The translations under genes were made by a program, and so were the position numbers. A DNA stretch of 59,406 nt from an uncultured Deferribacteres bacterium (GTDB lineage Bacteria > Zhuqueibacterota > Zhuqueibacteria > Zhuqueibacterales > Geothermadaptataceae), in contig CAXHAT010000016.1 of NCBI GenBank assembly GCA_964014485.1, forward strand, positions 1 to 59,406. The letters are read 5' to 3'. Numbering within the stretch: the first letter of the stretch is position 1; the number at the start of each line of letters is the position of its first letter. The notes under the pieces were generated by a model. It was not told the origin of the DNA and made no database searches. It was given only the letters and a program-made list of their open reading frames with translations. Below, one piece after another: positions 8,968 to 17,896 of the stretch.

Positions 8968-11256
8968 ATGATACTTGGTTTGATGATCATGGCAGTTTGG
9001 GCAAGCGGGGCGGAAGGCAAGGTTGAAAACAAGATTTTGTCGGCGGACATAGAATCAAAGGAAAAGATCGTGATTCGATATTCCGGCGAGATGGATTTGC
9101 CGGCGTCGGTGCAAGCGTATTCGGTTACGCCCGCCGTGAAAATCCGTGAGGTTGTTCACGAGAAAAACAGTGTGACTTTGCAGACTGCGACGCTTTCGAT
9201 TCAGCAAAACTACACGCTAAAAATCGACGACGCCGGTGAGTTCCCGCTGCGTCACATGGGGATTTTAGACGGATTGTATTCCGACAAGGAGCTCGGCGTA
9301 AGTTTCGATGAAGAACACACGATTTTTCGTTTGTTTGCGCCAAGAGCGACGGAAGTGAAGCTGGAAATCTTCGACAAGTTTACCGATACGCGCGGCGGGC
9401 GATATTTCATGCGCAAAGATGAAAACGGCGTTTGGGAATATTCGACGCGCCGCCCGACGGTTGGAAAATATTACGGCTACCGCGTAAAAGGGCCGGGCGG
9501 CAATGGCGAAATGTTTGATGAAAATCGTTTGCTGATTGATCCTTACGCGAAAGCGGTCAAAACCGAAAATCACTATCTGCATCGCGGTAAGGCGTTGATT
9601 TTTAAGGACGAGTATGATTGGGAAGGCGATACGTTTCTGGAAATTCAGCCTGAAGATTTGGTCATTTTAGAGGCGCACGTGCGTGACTTGACGGCGCATT
9701 CTTCAGCGGGCGGAAACCCGGACTTGCGCGGCAGCTATCTCGGGGTGATTGACGAAAGTTCACGCGGCGGGATAAATTATCTTCGTGATTTGGGCGTGAA
9801 TGCCGTTGAACTGCTGCCGGTTCAGGACTTCGGCAATATTGAAATTCCCTATGAAAGCGATGAGACTGAGGTCAGAAATACGTGGAATCCCTACGAACGC
9901 AACCATTGGGGCTATATGACGGCGCATTTTTTTGCACCGGAAACTTACTACGCCAGCAAAGGCACGTTGCAGCGCGGCGCCTTTTCCGTTGACGGAGAAG
10001 AAACGGTGCGAGAATTCAAAGATATGGTGAAAGCGCTGCACCGGAACGGGATCGCGGTCATTCTCGACGTGGTTTATAATCATGTTGCGCAGTATGAACA
10101 AAACGCCTTCAAATTCATTGACAAAAAATACTACTTTCGACTAAACGGGGATTTGAATTTTTCTTCCTATTCCGGCTGCGGCAACGATTTCAAAACCGAG
10201 CGACCGATGGCGCGGCGTTTGATTTTCGACAGCATAAAATATTGGCTGGAAACCTATCACGTTGACGGTTTCCGTTTTGATCTTGCAGCGTTGTTTGACT
10301 GGGAAACGCTCGATTTTCTGCGCGAGGAAGCGCGCAAAATCAACCCAAATGTAATTTTGATCGCTGAGCCGTGGGGCGGGGGAGAGTACGAACCAAAAGA
10401 GATGTCTGAGCATGGGTTTTCTGCGTGGAATGATCAGTTTCGCAACGGGGTGAAGGGCCAGAACCCGCACGACGGCCTCGGATTTATTTTTGGAGAATGG
10501 CAGGGAAGCAATGACGCCAAGACACTAAAGAGCTATGTGCTCGGCACTCGCGTTCAGGACGGCGGGCTTTTCCAGAGTAAGGCGCATTCGGTAAATTATC
10601 TCGAATCGCACGATGATCATACATTGGGAGATTTCATCCGAATCGGATCGAAGCGCGTTGATGACTTGGAAGTCGTGCGGGACGTGCTGGAAAATGCGAA
10701 ACTATCGGAAAGAGAGCTAAAAATGCACAAGCTGGCGGCGATGTTTTTATTGACCAGCCAGGGAAGCGTGATGCTGGCGCAAGGACAGGATTGGGGACGG
10801 AGCAAAGTGATCGCCCGAACCTCGGCGCCGGACGTCATCGCCGGGAGGATCGATCACAACAGCTATGAAAAGGACGACGAGACCAATTGGTTGAATTACT
10901 TGCATCGAGAGATGAATCGAAGCCTGACCGACTATTACAAAGGCATGATCGCGCTTAGGAAAAAACAAGCCTTGTTCCGCCGCGCCAGCGATGAACAGGT
11001 CGAGTTTATCGAAACGGGAACGCCGTTTTCTATGGCGTATTCGCTGAAGAATGACCGTGAGCGCGTTCTTGTCATTCTCAACGGCAATGCGAAAACTGAT
11101 TTGAAATTTGATTTGCCGGTAGGACGTTGGGAAGTTTTTGCCGATGATTCGCGCGCAGGGACTGAAGCATTGTATGAAATAGATGGAAGCAACGATTTGA
11201 TCGTACCGCCGACCACGGGGGCTGTTCTGTCCAAGAAAGTCACATCTGCTCAATAA
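8968..11256 (+). CDS. Secreted GH13 type I pullulanase / debranching enzyme
   Basis: CBM48-like FRLFAPRA; NHWGY, DVVYNH, DGFRFD (Asp), IAEPW (Glu) and ESHDD. A signal peptide from Met at 8968 places the likely start there. Confidence 0.88.
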   Translation: MILGLMIMAVWASGAEGKVENKILSADIESKEKIVIRYSGEMDLPASVQAYSVTPAVKIREVVHEKNSVTLQTATLSIQQNYTLKIDDAGEFPLRHMGILDGLYSDKELGVSFDEEHTIFRLFAPRATEVKLEIFDKFTDTRGGRYFMRKDENGVWEYSTRRPTVGKYYGYRVKGPGGNGEMFDENRLLIDPYAKAVKTENHYLHRGKALIFKDEYDWEGDTFLEIQPEDLVILEAHVRDLTAHSSAGGNPDLRGSYLGVIDESSRGGINYLRDLGVNAVELLPVQDFGNIEIPYESDETEVRNTWNPYERNHWGYMTAHFFAPETYYASKGTLQRGAFSVDGEETVREFKDMVKALHRNGIAVILDVVYNHVAQYEQNAFKFIDKKYYFRLNGDLNFSSYSGCGNDFKTERPMARRLIFDSIKYWLETYHVDGFRFDLAALFDWETLDFLREEARKINPNVILIAEPWGGGEYEPKEMSEHGFSAWNDQFRNGVKGQNPHDGLGFIFGEWQGSNDAKTLKSYVLGTRVQDGGLFQSKAHSVNYLESHDDHTLGDFIRIGSKRVDDLEVVRDVLENAKLSERELKMHKLAAMFLLTSQGSVMLAQGQDWGRSKVIARTSAPDVIAGRIDHNSYEKDDETNWLNYLHREMNRSLTDYYKGMIALRKKQALFRRASDEQVEFIETGTPFSMAYSLKNDRERVLVILNGNAKTDLKFDLPVGRWEVFADDSRAGTEALYEIDGSNDLIVPPTTGAVLSKKVTSAQ

Positions 11257-11580
11257 TCGGTTACATTGTGTCGCGATTGTTGAGCAAGCGTTTCTTTGGA
11301 TGTACGGTTTTTTGACAAAAATGAATTATTATGAATTTTAAGATTTTTAATGAAAAAGACGCTTTTGTAATGACGACGTCAAAACGTTAAAAGTCGGCGG
11401 AAAAGTTGGGTTTCTTCGTCGCAGAAGATACTCAAATGATTACGTTTGCGCTTAAATACTGGTCTCACGTCATGCGGACGGTGGGGAATTGAGGGATCAC
11501 GGACGACAGACCATATTTCTTTGGGCGCAGTGTAAACAGAGGGCAAACTTATGACTTCCGCATGGAAAGCCATCCAATGC

Positions 11581-12591
11581 ATGCCGGAATCGGAGTTTTC
11601 ATCGAATTATCTATTTATGGGGATGGTCAGCCAGTCGCCGAAAATGCGTGAAGTTTGGGAGCTGCTTCACAAGATTACATCTTCGAACGCCCCGGCGATT
11701 ATTGAAGGCGAAAGCGGGGTAGGAAAAGAATTGATTGCTCACACGATTCATGCGTTGGGCAAGAGAAAAGACGGTCCTTTTATCCCGGTTGATTGCGGCG
11801 CTTTGCCTGCAACGCTTATGGAGAGCGAGTTGTTCGGGTATGAAAAGGGCGCATTTACCGGCGCTTCACAGAGCAAGGCCGGTTTGCTTGAGTACGCGGA
11901 AGGCGGAACGTTTTTCATGGACGAGCTTACCAATTTGGACATGTCGTTACAATCGAAATTGCTGCGTGTTTTGCAGGAGCGGCGTTTCAGACGGCTGGGA
12001 GGGGCGGAGCTCAATCCATTCAACGCACGCGTTGTGGCGGCGACGAATGACGATCCCAAGAGAGCAATCGACGAAAAATTCTTGCGCTTAGATTTGTACT
12101 ATCGGCTAAGTACGGTGACGATCAGAATTCCGCCTTTGAGGCAGCGTCTGGAAGACATTCCATTATTGGCGCGGCATTTTTCCGCCGCTTTCGCAAAAAA
12201 GGAGAATGTTAGGTTTAAGCATTTTTCTAACGACGCTTTTCATTTGCTTCTGAGCTATGACTGGCCCGGCAACGTCCGCGAGCTTAAAAACGTGGTCGAA
12301 AGACTTCAGCTCTTAGGTGAAAATGATCAAATTTCGGCTGAGGAGATTTACAAGTTTTCGCAATTGCCGTTGCGTTCGGACAATCACTTCCGCGCACGGG
12401 ACTTCATCTATAACGAAAAACGTAAAAAGTCCATCGATCAGTTCGAAGAAAAGTACATTCGTCGTTTGATGCGCGTTTCCGGAAACAATATCTCTCGTGC
12501 GGCAAAAATTTCGTTATTGAGCCGCCCGACGATTTACCGCTTGATCAAGAAGCACGCACCGCTTGAAAATAAGACCATGACGAGCGCTTAA
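11581..12591 (+). CDS. Sigma-54-dependent enhancer-binding protein (AAA+ and Fis HTH) without an N-terminal sensor domain
   Basis: Motifs GESGVGKE, GAFTGA, FMDE, DLYYRL, WPGNVREL and HTH NISRAAK..SRPTIYRL. Start uncertain (11551 or 11581). Confidence 0.92.
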   Translation: MPESEFSSNYLFMGMVSQSPKMREVWELLHKITSSNAPAIIEGESGVGKELIAHTIHALGKRKDGPFIPVDCGALPATLMESELFGYEKGAFTGASQSKAGLLEYAEGGTFFMDELTNLDMSLQSKLLRVLQERRFRRLGGAELNPFNARVVAATNDDPKRAIDEKFLRLDLYYRLSTVTIRIPPLRQRLEDIPLLARHFSAAFAKKENVRFKHFSNDAFHLLLSYDWPGNVRELKNVVERLQLLGENDQISAEEIYKFSQLPLRSDNHFRARDFIYNEKRKKSIDQFEEKYIRRLMRVSGNNISRAAKISLLSRPTIYRLIKKHAPLENKTMTSA

Positions 12592-12759
12592 AGTATCGCT
12601 CCAAGCATGGTCGTCAGTCTATTTTAGAATTTCTTACCTTTTCGCGAGTTTTGTTGCTCTCGCTTGCACGATTTCCCAGCCCCGTTTAGTCTGGCAATTC
12701 ATCGAGTCGCCGGGCTGAGTGGGGCAGGGGGGCTCGCAATTCTTTTCCTCGCCTTAATA

Positions 12760-13010
12760 AATGATCTTACGCGCAGCAAAGCATTTCTGAAGCCAAACCA
12801 AAAGCAGTGTCTCATTGCGGCTCGTTTCCAAACTGCGGTTTGGGAATGGAGATGGGCTCGAAACTGGAGTTTCGAGTGCAATTGCGATCCCAATCCAGAG
12901 ATTGGGAACGAGAATTTTGGCGTCCCGAAATTAGGTTGATGGTAGTGCGCCTCCGCGGAATGGCGTTGATAAACAGTTGCTGTATTATGAAGCTGGCGCG
13001 TACCATCAGT
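12760..13010. mobile_element. MITE-like element carrying CTCGTTCCCAA..TTGGGAA-type REP hairpins
   Basis: Degenerate termini AATGATCTTACGC and GCGTACCATCAGT; interior homologous to 13729-13970. Confidence 0.6.
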
Positions 13011-13360
13011 CAATAACTGATGGTAGGCTAATCTGGCGATGCCGGATTATTGTTTGCTCCCGCCGTAGACCATTCTCTCGCCAATTCAATTTTCACTTCT
13101 TACCAACTGACGTCACGCATCGGTCTAATGACGTTTCGCTGACCCAGACCATTGCTTTTTGCATTATTTTCGCGCAGACGGGACGGGAATGCCGATACTT
13201 TGCTCGCAAATTTGGATGTGAAGAAGCATTCGTGCCAGGCCGCCATTCAGCTTCCTAGTCGCACTTGCGGTCTTTAGCGAGAACTCATTCACTCTGGGGC
13301 CAAGCGCCTTAGCGTTTGAGTGTGGCTTGCCGTCACAGCGGGCTGTCTTTAAACATAGTA

Positions 13361-13605
13361 TCTGATGTTACGCACGCATCGTCTGGCACGTGCGATCAAA
13401 GCCTGCGGGCAACTTTTGATTCTCATTAGCTCCGCTCTTCAGAGCGGAGTTTTTTTGAAGACGACTATCTCCTCTCTTCCGCCGCGCTGGCGCGGCGGAA
13501 GAGAGAAAAATGGGCGTTTTATGCGTCACCGGACTGAAGTCCGGCGCTAATGAGACGAGATTTGCTTTAAGACTCAGGATGTGCGTTGCCGCGCGTAACA
13601 TCAGA
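13361..13605. mobile_element. MITE-like element with perfect 13-bp inverted termini and a TAGC..CTTCAG REP pair
   Basis: TCTGATGTTACGC ... GCGTAACATCAGA, flanked on both sides by TAGTA. Inner inverted pair CTCATTAGCTCCGCTCTTCAG / CTGAAGTCCGGCGCTAATGAG. Confidence 0.75.
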
Positions 13606-13728
13606 TAGTATTTTTAAAGCGTCGCACGATAGATCGTAGGGGTTCAAGATTTTGAACCTCGGCATGCGGCATGCATTTTATTCAGAGACCATGTTTTTGG
13701 ACAATTCCACTCCGAAAAAGAGGCGCCC

Positions 13729-14006
13729 CTGATGTTGCACACAGCAAAGCTTTTCCGAAACTTTACCGCAAACAGGGCCTCGCTAAGGCTCATTCCCAAG
13801 CTTCGGTTTGGAAATGAAGATGGGCGAGAAATTCCAGTTTCGAGTGAATTCCTTGGCTCGAAACTGGAGTTTCGAATGCAATTGCGCTCCCAATCCAGAG
13901 ATTGGGAGCGAGAGTTTGTAGCGTCCCGAAATTAGGTTGACCGTAATGCGCCTCCGCGAGAATGGCGGATATTCTATTCGCAAATTTGAGGGTAAAGAAA
14001 CATCGT
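13729..14006. mobile_element. Second copy of the CTCGTTCCCAA-cargo element (right end degenerate)
   Basis: Left end CTGATGTTGCAC. Shares GGCTCGAAACTGGAGTTTCGA..GCAATTGCG..CCCAATCCAGAGATTGGGA..GCGTCCCGAAATTAGGTTGA with 12760-13010. Confidence 0.6.
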
Positions 14007-14046
14007 GTTATGAATCCTTGCCAAAATCGGGCGGTGAGATGCGGTC

Positions 14047-14096
14047 AAAAAAAACGCCTGTAAGTTATGGGCTGCATGCTCAAACTTACAGGCGTT
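14047..14096 (-). terminator. Rho-independent terminator after the sulfotransferase
   Basis: Stem AACGCCTGTAAGTT / AACTTACAGGCGTT followed by a T run on the minus strand. Confidence 0.8.
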
Positions 14097-14167
14097 AAGA
14101 TGTCGCTGTTGTGTTGTTAGTTATAGCGGTTTGTAAAAGGATTGCTCGCTTGATACAGAACGATGAT

Positions 14168-15055
14168 TTACGACAAGGAGAAAACCGGCTCCATTCTTGA
14201 CGAAAACGGTATGCGCGATTTCTTGCTCAACTCTGCGACTAACGCCGTCATCTTTGGTTGGCCGGCAAAGTCTTGATCGTATTCGTGCGCTTTGATGAAG
14301 CTTTCAAGGCGGCCTCGCAAAATAGGCTCGTCAAAAAGCTTGTCGAGGTGCGCTTGTTTGCGTTCATCGTTGCGCCAACGCCCAATCGAATTTGGATCGA
14401 AATTTCTGAGCTTGTGCATGTACTTGACCATGTTCATCGACACGCCGCCGTTTTCGACATTGTCCTTCATTCTGTCAATGCCAGTCACATTGCGCCTCAA
14501 TTGAAGGCCGCAATTTACTTTGAACAGCAACTCGACATAGCGCGGCATCCGAACAAGGTCTTCGTAGCGAATCGTAAACATGCGTCCGCGGGGTTCGAGT
14601 GCCTCGGCAAGCCGCTCATTTGCTTCCGCGCTGAGCCTCCAAAGCTCTGGTTCTACGTAAAACTTACCTTCGGTATAAGGGTGTTTGCTTGTTAGGACGT
14701 CGCGAGGATCTCGAACGATGTTGATGATCGTCGCCTGATTTTGAAGAGCGTATTGAATCGTGGTTTTCACATTTTCCGGCGAGCACCATTGCCGATGACG
14801 TTTCGTGATGTAATTTACGCCCTGCCAGTGCTGCGATGGATTGCTGACGATCTCCATACTTTCCTTTAAATCAGGTTGGCTCCACGGAGTGGTTTCCTTG
14901 TCGTAGAGACGCGTTTTTTCGAATGCGCTCATCGCATAAAACAACATGGTCGTTCCTGAGCGTGAGCAGCCAACAATGTGAAATCGCTTAATGCCGGAGA
15001 GACGGAGCAGGTGATTTTTGCAGGTTAATTTGACGTTCATGGTATGCAGCCTCAT
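14168..15055 (-). CDS. Sulfotransferase-family protein
   Basis: 5'-PSB loop GCSRSGTTML; 3'-PB motif IVRDPRDVLTS; IRYEDLV; SIGRWR. Confidence 0.85.
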   Translation of the reverse strand: MRLHTMNVKLTCKNHLLRLSGIKRFHIVGCSRSGTTMLFYAMSAFEKTRLYDKETTPWSQPDLKESMEIVSNPSQHWQGVNYITKRHRQWCSPENVKTTIQYALQNQATIINIVRDPRDVLTSKHPYTEGKFYVEPELWRLSAEANERLAEALEPRGRMFTIRYEDLVRMPRYVELLFKVNCGLQLRRNVTGIDRMKDNVENGGVSMNMVKYMHKLRNFDPNSIGRWRNDERKQAHLDKLFDEPILRGRLESFIKAHEYDQDFAGQPKMTALVAELSKKSRIPFSSRMEPVFSLS

Positions 15056-15101
15056 TTGGGTTCAAATATATTGTTTTGATTTTGTTATTCAAATTTGAGT
15101 T

Positions 15102-15488
15102 TTATTGCCAAAGCGCCTTACTCAAAATCGGAAACGCCGTCCCGCCGCTGGCGAGAACGATCATTGAAAGTACGGCCAAATCCGATTTCTTTGGCGCGGC
15201 GCCGCCGTATATAAACCAGGTGATGATCAAGCTTAGAAAAAAGGACCACTGGAGAAAAATGCTGTTATCTCTTGCGATAGCGTAGGAGATGACGCCGATT
15301 ATTGCCCAAATAATCGTTACTAGCATATTTAAGCACATCATTCCGGCCACAGCGTTATTTTGCCTTTCTTCGGTTGCTGAAAAACACTGTTCTTTTTTGC
15401 TTATAATTCCAATCCGAACAAGCAAGTAGCTTGCGCATATGAGTCCGATCACATAGCTTGTCGCGAATACAGATAATATTTCGTTCAT
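15102..15488 (-). CDS. Hypothetical membrane protein (about 4 TM)
   Basis: Four hydrophobic stretches; AGGGG RBS-like sequence upstream. Confidence 0.65.
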   Translation of the reverse strand: MNEILSVFATSYVIGLICASYLLVRIGIISKKEQCFSATEERQNNAVAGMMCLNMLVTIIWAIIGVISYAIARDNSIFLQWSFFLSLIITWFIYGGAAPKKSDLAVLSMIVLASGGTAFPILSKALWQ

Positions 15489-15528
15489 AATAGTACCCCT
15501 ATTTTTTGTGCCCTACACGTTTTTGAGT

Positions 15529-15570
15529 AAAAATGAGCGGCCCGCGGTTAAGAGGTGAGTCGGGCCGCTC
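15529..15570 (-). terminator. Terminator-like hairpin downstream of the small-peptide cluster
   Basis: 10-bp stem GAGCGGCCCG / CGGGCCGCTC followed by ATTTTT on the minus strand. Confidence 0.65.
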
Positions 15571-15794
15571 GTTGCTGTGGAGAGGTAGATTCTATATGTG
15601 AGCGTTCACCGCTCGTCTCTCCACACTTGTGCACCCTGTCGATCATCAACTAACATGGTCAAACATATCTCGATTCCATTTTAAAAGTCGGTTTCCTCTC
15701 CACAAGGAAAGCTTCTGCTCCACAAAGAATAGTCCAGGAGTTGTTAGGTGACAGATAGACGGGGTTGAATACTGAAATCACGAATACCAAGAAC

Positions 15795-15980
15795 TCAGTT
15801 AAACAAAATCGGAGCCAATGCCGCGAGGCTAAGGCATGGAAAAGCGACCATGAGTGCGAGCCTTTCCCCGCTCGAAAAAGTATGGATTTTATAACGGTAT
15901 ACTCTTTTGCGCGCAAGATTGCGTCGATGGTCTTGGCCCAGGCGCCTTAGCTCTCGGTTGAAATCATTGTTAGGAAACAT
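15795..15980 (-). CDS. Small protein (61 aa) with a C-terminal TM helix
   Basis: Strong RBS TAAGGAG upstream; C-terminus ERLALMVAFPCLSLAALAPILFN. Confidence 0.65.
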   Translation of the reverse strand: MFPNNDFNRELRRLGQDHRRNLARKRVYRYKIHTFSSGERLALMVAFPCLSLAALAPILFN

Positions 15981-16091
15981 AATACTATCTCCTTACGATT
16001 AGTTTTCACGCGCTGAAAAGATAGAAGCGTCAGCACGAAATTAGAAGTTGACGGTAGATTCATTTAAGAAAACTGAGACAGCTCCGCAAAA

Positions 16092-16250
16092 TTACGGCAG
16101 GATGGGAGCTGCGCCTGCTGTTATGGCCAGCGTGAGCGTTACCAGGATAAGCGTGGCCTGCAGCAGTTCTTCAAAAGCAAGACTGTTCGGCAAAAATTCG
16201 ATTGGGTTGTTTGCGTTTTGAGACGAGATGAATTGCTTGAGCTTTTTCAT
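16092..16250 (-). CDS. Small protein (52 aa) with a C-terminal TM helix; not in the ORF track
   Basis: RBS TAAGGA; MKKLKQFISSQNANNPIEFLPNSLAFEELLQATLILVTLTLAITAGAAPILP*. Confidence 0.6.
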   Translation of the reverse strand: MKKLKQFISSQNANNPIEFLPNSLAFEELLQATLILVTLTLAITAGAAPILP

Positions 16251-16270
16251 GATAGATTTTCCTTAGATTT

Positions 16271-16396
16271 TTAGATGAGTTTGTAAACGAATGAAGACAA
16301 TGTTGCCAGGGCGATGGGCGGGTAAGCAACCCAAATGGCGACTCTAGCGACGACCCATTTGATAGATTCTTTTTCCAGGTTTTCAGAAGTGTTCAT
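16271..16396 (-). CDS. Small protein (41 aa) with a TM helix; not in the ORF track
   Basis: MNTSENLEKESIKWVVARVAIWVAYPPIALATLSSFVYKLI*; similar to the C-terminus of 15795-15980. Confidence 0.55.
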   Translation of the reverse strand: MNTSENLEKESIKWVVARVAIWVAYPPIALATLSSFVYKLI

Positions 16397-16500
16397 GTCA
16401 GTTCCGGCCTCATGTTGGGTATTGGTATGGAAAGAGTGATAGTTTTATGCGCGTTCTGGCGCCTTATTTTTAAGAGTGCTTGTCGTTATTGCTAAACGTG

Positions 16501-16977
16501 CTAAGGACTGCGCGCAGAAGAAACTGAACCTCTGTTTTTTGTGCGTTGTTGCAGCCGCTTGCTGCGCCGCCTAAAATGGTCGAAATAGGTCATGAGTTGC
16601 GAAGTCTGAATTGGTTTTGTAAGCGTTAATGAAACGCGGTTCATTGCAAGCTCACGCCCCGTTTCAAATGGTATTTCTGAAGCGAGCACCATGACTTCCG
16701 CGTCTGGTTTTAGGCTTCGGATTGTAGGTACGATACTTTGGTTGAGTTTATTCTTAATGTCCAGATCAACGATAACCAATTTCACGCTGAACTCGATCGC
16801 TCGTTTCATAAACTCACCGAAGTCTGATAAGATTTTCACTGACGTTTGCGTTTTTTCTAACACTGGCGCGAACTTGCTGAGCGTCTCTTGATCATTGCAA
16901 ACAATGAAAATTTCGTCGTTCTTTGCTCTTTCAGTCGCGATTTTTGAACTCAATTCTCGAATAGCGTTTGGCTTCAT
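16501..16977 (-). CDS. Stand-alone, atypical response-regulator receiver domain
   Basis: IFIVCND (beta1), LVIVDLD (phospho-Asp position), VMVLAS and LTKP. Confidence 0.75.
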   Translation of the reverse strand: MKPNAIRELSSKIATERAKNDEIFIVCNDQETLSKFAPVLEKTQTSVKILSDFGEFMKRAIEFSVKLVIVDLDIKNKLNQSIVPTIRSLKPDAEVMVLASEIPFETGRELAMNRVSLTLTKPIQTSQLMTYFDHFRRRSKRLQQRTKNRGSVSSARSP

Positions 16978-17039
16978 GACTTAAGCAATTTTGTGTTTAG
17001 TAAGTTGTCAGTTTCGTTGTTGCTTTCGGTCTCGGCTTA

Positions 17040-17055
17040 TTCAAAGCGCGTGCCA
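17040..17055 (-). promoter_or_regulatory. Putative sigma-54 promoter for the receiver/small-peptide transcript
   Basis: Minus strand TGGCACG-CGCT-TTGAA, about 60 nt upstream of the ATG. Confidence 0.65.
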
Positions 17056-17282
17056 CTTTTCAATTTTGGCGCTTTTAGGGCCGTGTTTCTCTGAGAAATA
17101 TGACGGTTTAAGGGACTGTTTTTTAGACGCTTGTGTGAGTTGGTGATGTGTTCGAGGTTTTGGATAAGCCGTCCCGGGGCGGCAAATTATGATGCGCGAA
17201 GAGAAGAAAAATGTAAAGCTGATGTAAATCTTAACTCTTTGATTCTAAGCTAAAGACATGGTTCTAAACTTCTTGGATGAAA

Positions 17283-17367
17283 TGTCAAGCCATGTTTACA
17301 GAAAGGATTCTCGTTTTCTTAAGTTGCTGTTAATTATGGCCTTGAAGTATGTCAACTTTTCTTTACA
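17283..17367. promoter_or_regulatory. Two TGTCAA-N6-TTTACA palindromes (candidate activator binding sites)
   Basis: TGTCAAGCCATGTTTACA (17283-17300) and TGTCAACTTTTCTTTACA (17350-17367). Confidence 0.45.
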
Positions 17368-17512
17368 CGGAAGAAATCCACGCATGTTTGCTCATTAAGG
17401 ATGGCGGTAGACTTTCAGATTCGTTCTTGGAATAAAGGCTCTGAAAGGGTGTGGCTTTTTGGGGAGGGTTTTCAGCGCTTGAAGGAAATTACCCAATCGT
17501 TCTGTGTTAGCA

Positions 17513-17622
17513 TCTGACGCTACGCACGCGTCGTCTGGCACGCGCGGTCAGAGTCTGAAGCCCGGCGCTAATGATACGATGTTCATATTTGGGCAACAGG
17601 AGATGTCTTGGCATGCGTCAGT
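17513..17622. mobile_element. Internally deleted derivative of the 13361-13605 element
   Basis: TCTGACGCTACGCACGCGTCGTCTGGCACGCGCG joined directly to CTGAAGCCCGGCGCTAATGA; right end GCGTCAGT. Confidence 0.65.
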
Positions 17623-17758
17623 TATATAGAGAGAAAGCCGATGTTTTCCCTTGCGATCTGAACGCTTAATCAAAGGAGAAATGCAAAGCCCCGCACAACA
17701 AAGATGAAACGCACGTTCGCTTCTCGTCAAATACTTGTCAAGATTTTTATTTTTTTTC

Positions 17759-17896
17759 TTGCGTCATATACCCCGTTTTGATATTTTAACCGCCCCATAT
17801 GGAAAGCGCGTTTAGCTTACGATGTAAACTTCGAGACGTCCCCCAATTCTCGAATGTTTAGACCGGGTTGTCGTTGAGCAAACGCGCTTTTATTTT
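17759..17896 (+). ncRNA. Candidate ~100-nt hairpin sRNA or attenuator with a sigma-70-like promoter
   Basis: TTGCGT-N17-TATTTT, then nested stems AAAGCGCGTTT/AAACGCGCTTT, TAAAC/GTTTA and TTCGAGA/TCTCGAA, then a T-rich tail. Confidence 0.4.

Noticed and set aside
13221..13237. Additional sigma-54 promoter (TGGCACG on the minus strand)
   Set aside because: No TTG at the -12 position and no downstream gene.
12760..14006. CRISPR array or integron attC array
   Set aside because: No regularly spaced identical repeats with unique spacers, no cassette ORFs between the elements, and no cas or intI gene.
15600..15760. CsrB-like sRNA (several GGA motifs)
   Set aside because: Few motifs, mostly GTGGA rather than ANGGA, and long FliW-type CsrA is typically regulated by protein rather than sRNA.
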